Assembly (NCBI GenBank): GCA_964187785.1
Contig: OZ076415.1
Span: 32,922,001-32,986,000, forward strand
Source: Amphiscolops sp. MND2022
Taxonomy: Eukaryota
Direction: 5' to 3'
DNA: 64,000 bases
The position numbers and the translations under genes were made by a program. How positions within the stretch are numbered: position 1 is the stretch's first letter; each line of letters begins with the position of its first letter. This document shows positions 13,701-22,980 of the stretch, piece after piece. The notes below the pieces were generated by a model, which was not told the DNA's origin, ran no database searches, and saw only the letters and a program-made list of their open reading frames with translations.

Positions 13701-15253
13701 AGCAGATCCTCCATCAAGGCATCAAATTTGGCTTTGAAAACTCTGGCGCAAATGTCGGGTCTGTCTCGGGTATCCTCGCATGGATTTAACAGTTCTTTTA
13801 TTTCTGGCCAATTCGGATTTGTCGTGAAGGTTATGAAATAATCGGGCTTCCCAAAGTGGCGAACTACGCACATACTGTTTTGAAATTGTTCATTGTAAAA
13901 ACGGGGCGAGCCGTAAATAGTTGGAGGTAAAATAACCTTTCTCCCTGCATTTTGCTCGTCACCATTAGCGATAGCGTCCATTAGCCCCTGATATTTGTCA
14001 GCTCTTATGTTGGATTGGTGTTGTCGTGCCCAAATGAGACGGTTTCCTTCTATCTTTGCCCAGCAGTCGACTGCATATTGTTGCATAAGTCGACGACTTT
14101 TCATCAACATATTGGAATTTGAAACCCTTACTTGTAATCGATATGCATAGAAGTCTGTGACACTGAGTGTTCTGCCGTTTTTCTGTTTCAACCCTATTTC
14201 GAATCCGTCCTCGCCGTTAGGGAATAAAAGAACATAGAAAAGTGGATCATACGATCTGTGAACTGGACTGATTCTTTTCAGCTCACCACCTCTTCCATGG
14301 ACTATAACATCGAGATTGTTTTCTGATTGTTGACCTGGTATGATGGCGGCAACTTCCGAACAATTGGGGAGATTATATTGTCGGCAATGTTCCGTGCTCG
14401 GCTTGAATTTCTTACTCGCTGTCAACAAAAGGTCGTATTCTCTGATAACATTCAATTCTATTGCCGCTTTGAAGCTCTTGATATAGGGGTTGCAAGAATG
14501 CAACGCTTTCTGCAACCTATCAACAATTGACTTTTTTAAATTCTGCATCACCTTCAGACGGTTCTCCAGTTCACAGGCGCTATCATAAAAATATAGTTGA
14601 CCGAATTTTGGTGAGTCACCTGGCAACGGCAGCAGAGAACCAATGCGGTGGTAAACTTTTCCCTGTACCTTGAATACAGCTTTATTGTTGGTTATTCCGT
14701 CATCTGGTTCATTACATCCCATGGATGCTAAGGCCATAAGGTTGTTGTAGGCCACAATATTTTTCAAAAAATCATTGTTTTCAAAAAGATCCTTTATGGA
14801 ATGTGGATATGTACTAAGTGGCGGGAGGTCGACGTTCCCTTTCCGGCAACAGAATGATTCAAGTTCACACGACCATCTTTTCGAGTCACAGTACGAACAA
14901 ATAGTGTTTGCTTCCCCTATGTTGTGGATCTGAACGTGCAGCTCCGCGAAATCGGAGGAATCGCAATGGCAGGCTATTCCAAGTGTCTTGGAGCGTTTCT
15001 CCAGCACTCGATTTTGTCTTCTCGAACGAATGCATTGTAATCGACACTCTCTGCCCTCTGATGTCTCTTCTTCGTAATGACGCTTTCTATCTTCCCGTTC
15101 CATTTGTCGTCTTGAATCAAGTCTCTGACTTCGAAGACTTTCTTCCTCAACGCTTCGCTGCAAAGCTTTTCGCGTCCGTCGTATTACGATCATCAGGCTC
15201 TCCTTTTTGCGAATTCGCTCAAGTGTTCGACTCAACTGCGAACCTGAAGACAT
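10712..15253 (-). CDS. Helitron RepHel (HUH replication initiator + Pif1-like SF1 helicase), join(15253..11313,11231..10712), about 1486 aa
   Basis: Rep motifs [23 protein letters not shown] (HUH) and [10 protein letters not shown]. Helicase motifs [46 protein letters not shown] and [11 protein letters not shown]. The two ORFs join in phase through a GT..AG 81-nt intron (11312-11232), giving AENAHW-YPTEFLN. Confidence 0.93.
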
Positions 15254-15402
15254 TTTACTCTAAAATAGAAAAGTCGTTTGTACAATCATTCACTCTCTAT
15301 GGCTCCCATCACACTGGAATGTCATCTGGAAACGAACGTAACAGAGAAGCCGCTAAAACTTGGACATAACCATCGTTAGATCAAATTTCAGGATAATTAT
15401 AG

Positions 15403-17226
15403 CTTGGATAGATCAGTGATCTGGAAAATCCGGCAAAGATCTTGAATCGATCAGTGATCTCAAAGGTCCGACCAGGATTATTAAATGATCAGCGATCTCG
15501 AAGATCCGTCCAAGATCTGTAACAGATCAGTGATCCGTCCAAGATCTTGGATAGATCAGACATCTCGAATCTCCGACCAGGATCATGAAAAGATCAGTGA
15601 TCTCGAAGATCTGTCCAAGATCTGTGACAGATCAGTGATCCGTCCAAGATCTGGGATAGATCAATGATCTCCAAGATCCGTCCAATATCTTGGATAGATC
15701 AGTGATCTCGAAGATCAGTCCAAGATCTGGGACAGATCAGTGATCTCGAAGATCCGTCCAAGATCTGGGAGAGATCAGTGATCCGTCTAAGATCTTGCAT
15801 AGATCAGTGATCTCAAAGATCCGTCCAAGAACTTGGATGGATCAGTGATCTCGAAGATCCGTCCAAGATCTAGGACACATTAGGATCCGTCTAAGATCTT
15901 GGATAGATCAGTGATCTCGAAGATCCCTTCAAGATCTTGGATAGATCAGTGATCTCGAAGATCCCTTCAAGATCTTGGATAGATCAGTGATCTCGAAGAT
16001 CCGACCTGGATCATGAAAAGATCGGCGATCTCGAAGATCCGTCCAAGATCTTGGCTAGATCAGTGATCCCTCCAAGATCTTGGATAGATCAGTGATCTCG
16101 AAGATCGGTCCAAGATCTTGGAAAGATCAGTAATCTCGAATATCCGACTCAGATCTTGGATAGATCAGTGATCGCGAAGATCCGACCAAGATCAAGAAAT
16201 GATCAGTGATCTCGAAGATCCGACCAGGATCATGAAAAGATCAGCGATATCGAAGATCCATCCAAGATTTGTGACAGATCAGTGATCCGTCCAAGATCTT
16301 GGATAGATCAATGATCTCGAAGATCTCTCCAAGATCTCGGATAGATCAGTGATCTCGAAGACCAGTCCAAGATCTGGGACAGATCCATGATCTCGAAGAT
16401 CCGACCAGGATCATGAAAAGGTCAACAATCTCGAAGATCCGACCAGGATCATGAAAAGATCAGTGATCCGTCTAAGATCTTGGATAGGTCAGTGATCTCG
16501 AAGATCCGGCAAAAGATCTTGAAAAGATCAGTGATCTCGAAGATCCATCCAAGATCTTGGATAGATCAGTGATCTCCAAGATCTGACCAGGATCATGCAA
16601 AGATCAATGATCTCGAAGATCCGTCCAAGATCTGGGACACATCAGTGATCCGTCTGAGATCTTGGATAGATCAGTGATTTCGAAGATCCGGCAAAGATCT
16701 TGAATAGATAAGTGATCTCGAAGATCCATCCACGATCTTGGATAGATCAGTGATCTCGAAGATCCATCCACGATCTTGGATAGATCAGTGATCTCGAAGA
16801 TCCATCCAAGATCTTGGATAGATCAGTGATCTCGAAGATCCAACCAGGATCATGAAAAGATCAGCGATCTCGAAGATCCGTCCAAGATCTTGGATAGATC
16901 AGTGATCTCGAAGATCGGTCCAAGATCTTGGATAGATCAGTAATCTCGAATATCCCATCAAGATCTTGGATTGATCAGTGATCTCGAAGATCCGTCTTGG
17001 ATCTTGGATAGATCAGTGATCTCGAAGATCCGGCAAAGATCTTGAATAGATAAGTGATCTCGAAGATCCATCCAAGATCTTGGATAGATCAGTGATCTCG
17101 AAGATCCAACCAGGATCATGAAAAGATCAGCGATCTCGAAGATCCGTCCAAGATCTTGGATAGATCAGTGATCTCGAAGATCGGTCCAAGATCTTGGATA
17201 GATCAATGATCTCGAAGATCCGTCCA
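15403..17226. repeat. GATC-rich minisatellite inside the Helitron, about 48-50 units (38-bp main unit, 29-bp variant)
   Basis: Consensus GATAGATCAGTGATCTCGAAGATCCGTCCAAGATCTTG has four GATC per unit. Many units form the perfect 14-bp palindrome TCCAAGATCTTGGA. Variant units include GATCCGACCAGGATCATGAAAA and GATCCGGCAAAGATCTTGAA. Confidence 0.97.
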
Positions 17227-17536
17227 TTTCGTCCTGGACAATTTCGTGGACTTCTGAGCTCGTGATGTTGGAGCCAGCCCTTTTGATCAGTGCTAGGGTT
17301 CGGTTTGTTGCCATTCGCATTTGGGTGAAAGCTTGCTGCGATTTCTGAAGATCCTGAATTAGTAGTTGTACAGAACCCACCAATTCTTCTCGCGGAATTC
17401 CTGATAGATCTGGAATGGTCACTCCGGCTTCCCGACGGAATCTTTCTATCGGTCCGTCCACAGCATCTTGTGCTCCCGAAATTGCCTTCAGAATGTCGTT
17501 TCGCGCACCGTCCACAGTTTCTTTTAATTTAGACAT
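17165..17536 (-). CDS. Hypothetical 123-aa ORF inside the Helitron, co-oriented with RepHel
   Basis: ATG-initiated, helical/amphipathic-looking ORF. The last ~18 codons are encoded by the repeat array. No recognisable domain. Confidence 0.4.
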   Translation of the reverse strand: MSKLKETVDGARNDILKAISGAQDAVDGPIERFRREAGVTIPDLSGIPREELVGSVQLLIQDLQKSQQAFTQMRMATNRTLALIKRAGSNITSSEVHEIVQDEMDGSSRSLIYPRSWTDLRDH

Positions 17537-17945
17537 TGTGTTATCCGAAAAGTTTTTCAGTTTCAGCTATGATTTCAGTTCAAGCTTCCAGTGAAGTTTC
17601 AATTTTTTGTCGACTGCTTTTGGCGGTTTTTTTAATGGAATGAAAAGAGAAGATTTTCAACGATTGATCACGTGTCAAGCATGCTGCAAAGTTGGCATTT
17701 TTTGATTCGTTGAAACTATTTGGCAACGTGGTTTTTTTGAACGAAAGTTTTCTCTTTTTGATCGAAAATCATTCCTCGTTCATTAATTCTTCAATTAATC
17801 AATTCATAAATTCAGTCTTTCATTGAAATTATTTTATTAATTTTTTTCATCTTTATTTATTATTATAGTTCATTTTAATACCAATTCACTAATATCATTC
17901 AAAAATAATAAAAGAAACGAAGTTGAAAAATGACTGAAATTTAAT

Positions 17946-18022
17946 AAAAACTGTTCGCCGACAGAATTGAACTCGCGCTGTTGGAGTTCGTGGCGTACTC
18001 GTTACCTCTAGGCTACGCTGCC
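17946..18022 (-). ncRNA. tRNA-derived Pol III-type unit (tRNA-like/SINE-head-like), not a canonical tRNA
   Basis: The minus strand reads GGCAGCG-TAGCCTAGAGG (A box at +8)...GAGTTCAATTC (B box)...GGCGAACAG-TTTTT (terminator). The D, T and acceptor stems do not close as in a cloverleaf. Confidence 0.6.
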
Positions 18023-18049
18023 TTGAATATTAATCTTGTATCGTAGATT

Positions 18050-18200
18050 TTAATTCAACCAAGAATTCAATTTTGAATGCTCGTATATTTTGATTCAATC
18101 GTGAATTTAATTCAATCGTGAATTCAATTGTGAATGCACTCGTATATTTTAATTCAATCGTGGATTTAATTCAATCGTGAATACACTCGTGAATTTCATC
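18050..18200. repeat. Short subterminal tandem repeats (ATTCAATCGTGAATTT-like) near the Helitron 5' end
   Basis: About 5-6 imperfect copies of ATTCAATCGTG(A/G)AT, plus two CTCGTATATTTT copies. Confidence 0.8.
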
Positions 18201-18215
18201 ATATTTGTCGTGCTG

Positions 18216-18301
18216 TATAATATAGTAGTAAGCTGTTCGGCAACTATGACGCCATCACCGAGTCTCAATTCGTCTTCTGATTGGCTGCTTGAATGACGTC
18301 A
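18216..18301 (-). promoter_or_regulatory. Candidate Pol II promoter in the Helitron 5' terminus
   Basis: In minus orientation: perfect CRE TGACGTCA (18301-18294), CCAAT (18284-18280), TATATTATA (18224-18216). Motif match only. Confidence 0.4.
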
Positions 18302-18355
18302 TAAAACTTTCACTTCAAGCCGAGACACGGAACACTATCTCCATTTTATATAGGA

Positions 18356-18605
18356 TTTTTTGCCCATTCGGTAAGACAGATTACCAATTTTTTGCTGTTT
18401 ATCATTATTTCTGTAGCGACATAACATTGCAGAACAAGGTGATCGATTTCCGAGGAAGTGTTATTTTTAGAAGTTGGAAGTAACTTAAGGAACTTAAGAT
18501 TAGAATTTGAAGTAAACTTGAATCTTGATGGCTCTCAACTATATTTCTACAGTTGAGTCTACAAAAGCCTCGCAAAATTTCACAAGTGAAGTTACCAGTA
18601 TTCAA
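18356..18605 (-). mobile_element. LINE RT remnant, right flank of the Helitron (upstream part of the interrupted LINE)
   Basis: Reads ...RNIVESHQDSSLLQI... and ends in EWAK at the insertion point. This is the post-YADD region that should precede the left-flank WTSHI segment. Confidence 0.5.
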
Positions 18606-18614
18606 CCAGTGTTA

Positions 18615-18954
18615 GCAGATACGGACCAAGACTACGGAAAATTTCGTGCGTAGAGGTGAATTTTTGTTCATTTTCAAAAGGAAACCAAAAGCAGAAGCAT
18701 TGAAATTTTGATCAAATTTAAGACCTGAAGCCACCTGTGAGAGACATAGAGCTTAGTGCCGTGAAAATTAACTTCCAAAGCTTTAAAATTTGACACAAGC
18801 TCGTCCTAGAAAGTATCTTTCTCTGCAGTCATTTCTCAAGCCTGAAGTTATTAGCATTCAGACTTCAAAAAAAGACCAGATGCTATAACTGTCAAAAGTT
18901 TGAACACAGACAAACACAACAACACAGACACCCTGCTTAGGGGAGCGGGAATAA
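18615..18954 (-). mobile_element. Putative non-autonomous Helentron/DINE-like element
   Basis: The minus-strand start TTATTCCCGCTCCCCTAAGCAGGG (short stem) is followed by a GTCT/GTGT microsatellite-like tract, an architecture like DINE-1/HINE. Confidence 0.35.
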
Positions 18955-19151
18955 CATCTGAGGAAAAACGTCTAAATGCAAAACGGGAATAACGTCTAAA
19001 GCCAAGTCATGCTCATTCCATATGATGAAACATTGAATTTCAGACGTAATCAGGGCCTGGCAATTAAATTGGAAAATAATTGTGCACGAAATTTGTTTCA
19101 AGTAGTATTTGATTGAAAATTATTGACACTAATAATAGCAATAATTGAGAG

Positions 19152-19410
19152 TGCTACAAGTCACTTGCTATAATGGGCACTTGCTATAATATAGACAGGT
19201 CACTTGCTTTAATATAGACAGGTCACTTGCTATAATATAGATTAAAGCAAGTGACCTAAAATATTTTAGCAAGTGACCTGATTTGGTGACTATTCAAATC
19301 GTAAAATATTCAAAGCTATTCAAAGCGTCGAAAGAATTCCATAGCAGCGAATGTTTTCAGGTTATACTTTGAAGAGGTTAGCATATTTGTTGAATGGCTC
19401 GGTCGCTTCG
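19152..19410 (+). mobile_element. Truncated copy of the GGTCACTTGCTATAAT MITE
   Basis: Nearly colinear with 21087-21365 and broken off in the core at GGTCGCTTCG by LINE sequence. Confidence 0.8.
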
Positions 19411-19411
19411 A

Positions 19412-20790
19412 TTATTGTAACCTCGATGTTTGATGGAACGAAATGCGATATATTGATATATTCAAACTTGCTGACGATGGTAACCTACTAATCAAGGCTA
19501 ACAACCCTGCCCCGCTGCTCATACTAGATACACAAATAACTCTCAACAAATTGAACCGATGGAGTGAAAAATAGAAAATTAGGATAAATGGCGGAAAAAC
19601 ATCAATAATAACTATCAACTGCGAAAACTCAAACATAGCTCCCTTGACACTCGTTGACGATTTCTGCGTATGGCGCTCTCAGCGAAAACTCTAGGCATTA
19701 TAGTGGACAGCAACCTAAATTTAAAGGAACATGCTAAAGAGACAGAAAGCAAGACACTGAAAAGCATAACCCTATTGAAATACTACACAGGTTTCAAGTG
19801 GGGACTGAATCATCGCTCGTTAACATTGATCTACAAAACTACTGTTTTGCCAAAAATGCTATACGCAACCCCAGTTTGGGCACGAGCCCATGCCAGCAAG
19901 CTAAAAAATAACTTTGTCCTAATCACTGTCACAACAAGGAATTTCATCCGTTCTCGACCGAGATATGTGGGTTTCCTCCTATAGACGTGCAAAAAGAGCT
20001 CAACACCATCAAACTTCTCACAAAAGCAGAAAAACGTTCAGATAGTGTGGCAAGGTTGAATAAAACGTCGAGAACCCCCGCCTTTGTAACAAACAGAACT
20101 TTTGTGAGAAACTTTCAACGAGTGACAAACATCCAAAGAACATACACTCAAAGCTCCTGCGATTTGTATCTTGAATCCACCCTGAATCGAAAACTGAACA
20201 ACCCAAACCCTCCAACAGAAGATCTCATGGACAAAACTCTTATCCAACCAATTGTATTAACCCCAAACGTCAGCCGATTGGATGAAAGAAATCATTTCAA
20301 GGGGTGGGCGGAAGTAGGTCGAAGGAACGGGATCGAAAATCAGAGTTAGTCCTCAGGTCGAAATACCAAAGTTTTGAATGGGATCGAAACAACTCGGATC
20401 GAAATTTTTATAACGTAGTCAGATATGTTCACATACTCCTAGTGCCCTGAATGCAGGAGCGAAGCGAAGCGGAGCGACGTGCCATATGGCCATGCCTCAA
20501 TGTTGCTGGCGAAGGGAGCGAAGCGACCGAGCCATACAACAAATACGATAAATTTCGACCGCATTCCATTCGATCCCTGCACTTCGATCAAAAGGTTCGA
20601 CCTCTGTCCTTTCGACCAGAAAAATTCGACCTATATACAGCCACCCATTTCAAGCTACTGTTAAGATGCAATGTACACCTGTTCGACTATGCATACAAAG
20701 TGTGGTTAGTGGAATCTCCTCTATGCTTTTGGTTTTGTTTATACTGCTCCATTTGAGTCACATAAAAAAGTAAAAGTTGAAATCAAAAAC
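19412..20790 (+). mobile_element. LINE RT 3' fragment (partly repeated at about 22990-23750, 25325-26035 and 28625-28920)
   Basis: LADDGNLL (YADD-like) near 19465, then KTLGIIVDSNLNLKEH...LIYKTTVLPKMLYATPVW. Stops and frameshifts present. Confidence 0.8.
20302..20646. mobile_element. 345-bp MITE with 8-bp TSD and GG-starting imperfect TIRs (Merlin-like)
   Basis: TSD ATTTCAAG at 20294-20301 and 20647-20654. TIR GGGTGG.......TAGGTCGAA / TTCGACCTA.......CCACCC. The paralogous empty site is near 23611-23621 (ATCTTTTCAAG|CTACTG). Confidence 0.85.
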
Positions 20791-20849
20791 AATTGGAAAA
20801 AAATACGAAACGATATCAATCAAAAAGAACTGAATTGATCGTTTTAACG

Positions 20850-22980
20850 GACCAGTACATTTTGTTCTCGCGAAGGAACTGCTGTTGTTCCAATTGTTCG
20901 AGGGTTTTATTCTGTCTCAAATCATTCAGAGCATACTCTGCAGCACTAACGAACCTCTCCAAAATATTTAATGTCGGAAATAAGAATCGACAATTTTGGT
21001 ATTTCGATGCATGCCCCTTCTTCGGCCTCTTTTGCAGAATTGCTTCAGCGATATCACTCTCTTCACTTACCGGAGTTTGGTTTTCTGGCTACAGGTCACT
21101 TGCTATAATGGGTCACTTGCTATAATATAGACAGGTCACTTGCTATAATATAGACAGGTCACTTGCTATAATATAGATTATAGCAAGTGACCTAAAATAT
21201 TATAGCAAGTGACCTGACATGGCGACTATTCAAATTGTACAATATTCAAACAGTCGAAAAAATCAAAACTATTCAAAGCGTCGACAGAAATCCATTGCAG
21301 CGATTATTTTCAGGTTATAATTTGAACAGGTTAGTATATTTGTTGTATGGCTCGGTCGCTTCGCTCCCTTCGCCAAGTAGCAACATTGAGGCATGGCCAT
21401 GTGGCACGTCGCTCCGCTTCGCTTCGCTCCTGCATTTAGGGCACTAGGGGTATGTGAACATATCTGACTACGTTATCGCAATTAGTTCGTCGCTTGTGCT
21501 GTATTCATTTTATTGAGTTTGATTGGCTCATTGAATGAAAGTTAGGTCACGTGACTATGACGAGCAGTACCAGGTCATTTGCTATAATTTGGAGAAATTA
21601 TAGACGGTCACTTGCTATAATCTATATTATAGCAAGTGACCTAAAAATTATAGCAAATCCAGAAAGTCACTTGCTATAATATAGCTTTTTTATAGATTTT
21701 GACCGGATACCGGTTTTCTTTGTCATCTTTGTTTTTTTCAACCTTTTACATTGTATATATTTGATCAAGCTGTGCTCATTCTCTTTCCCATCAAGAATTT
21801 GTACATTTCCGTCTTCAAAATGCTTGTTCTTCACAAGACGGGCGGTTTTTTCCGAGATGCTTATTCTCAGGATCGAGTTTCGGAAACTGTTTAGCTCTTT
21901 CGTCCGTGAGCACTCGGGCAGTGGACATATCAAGTTTTGGATCTTGATTGCTATTGCACCCAGCCTACTGGCAAAAAATTTGTCTGTCCCTCAAAACTTT
22001 AGTACAGAATATCCACCTACGAAGAAAAAAACTACTTCCCATTATAAAATGTATTGCTCGCATGTTTGCACGATGTTGTAAACAAAAAATAGTCATGTCA
22101 GAGAGCATGAGTCAGCTTCGTTTCACACTTGTGTGAACAAGACAAAGCGATCATTGATTCGAAAAAGAATTTTTCACTTACGCTGCGAGAACAACTTGAG
22201 CCTCAAAAACTTTTCGTCACTTCTGAGGAAATGGCAATCTCGTAAAATAGTTAGGTCCGACATGATTACAGAAACATAAACTACCTATACATTTTAACAC
22301 TGAAAATTTTCATTTCGCAGCGCAACACTCACGGAGTTCGAATTTTTTAGTTCTAAAAAGAAACAGTCCACTTCAGAATTTGTTTGGGAGAAAGTAATTA
22401 GGTCAACGACATTGGCTTCAGATTGCATCTCTTGTTGTAATATTGGTTCAACTTCACGATATCAGGATATCGTCTCAACCACCTTGATGCATTGAAAAGA
22501 ACAAATTAGTGTGTTGCCTGAGTTTAGACCTCAGCTTCACTCCTCTGAGTTTAACCATCAATTGCTAATCTTTGTTAATGACTGATAGGTTACCTATAAT
22601 ATAATCTTGCACAGCCAATGCGAAGCAGTGAGACACACAACTGATCAGTGTCTCCATCAGGATGTCGCAAATGGCTTGTTCGCAAAAGTTCGGTGTTATC
22701 AGCCACAACAGCAACAACATAAACATGCGTTCTGCCAAAGACTTCGAGAACTGTTTCTTAGAAGGTCACATGATCAGTCGCATTCAGGACGGTTTCATCC
22801 ATCAGAGGCGAAAAATTATTAGAACTGAATTGTGTTCAGAGTTCTCCAAGAAAGGACCAAAAACTGCCAAAACATGAACGCTTTGATGAGTCCAGCCATC
22901 TAATAGGTGTGCAAATTGATTGCGCAAACTCTTCTAATGTCGTCAAGTGCATGTAATTCATCATTGATTTTGTCAAATTG
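20850..22980 (-). pseudogene. hAT-family transposase remnant (repeated at about 23790-25320 and 27170-28620)
   Basis: Across the copies, minus frames give LLDGWTHQSVHVLAVF (first catalytic D region), ISCASHCIALAVQDYI (CxxH) and ERFVSAAGYA.NDLR.NKTLE.LEQQ.FLR.NK.YW (hAT dimerisation domain). Heavily disrupted. Confidence 0.75.
21087..21711. mobile_element. 625-bp MITE with 8-bp TSD and GG-starting imperfect TIRs (Merlin-like), with internal GGTCACTTGCTATAAT repeats
   Basis: TSD GGTTTTCT at 21079-21086 and 21712-21719. Ends GGCTACAGGTCA / TGACCGGATACC. The empty site is visible in the next tandem copy near 24040-24056. Confidence 0.85.

Larger units (their letters stand above)
10552..18355 (-). 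mobile_element. Full-length autonomous-type Helitron (rolling-circle transposon), 7804 bp
   Basis: On the minus strand the 5' end is A^TCCTATATAAAATGG (T at 18355). The 3' end is a 7-bp GC hairpin TCTGCCC-CTC-GGGCAGA (10580-10564) followed by CGGGTTTGCTAG^T (CTAG at 10555-10552). A^T target with no TSD. Encodes RepHel. Both flanks read as parts of a LINE RT. Confidence 0.9.

Noticed and set aside
14908-15369. 153-aa plus-strand ORF
   Set aside because: It is mostly antisense to the RepHel N-terminus and has no recognisable features; likely a shadow ORF.
15403-17226. CRISPR array (regular palindromic ~38-bp repeats)
   Set aside because: There are no unique spacers, the units are contiguous variants of one another, no cas genes are present, and the context is eukaryotic.
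15403-17226. Coding repeat domain
   Set aside because: The unit length (38) is not a multiple of 3, and TGA/TAG stops recur in all frames; only 60-aa ORFs result.
17946-18022. Functional tRNA gene
   Set aside because: The acceptor, D and T stems do not pair and there is no clear anticodon arm; kept only as a tRNA-derived unit.
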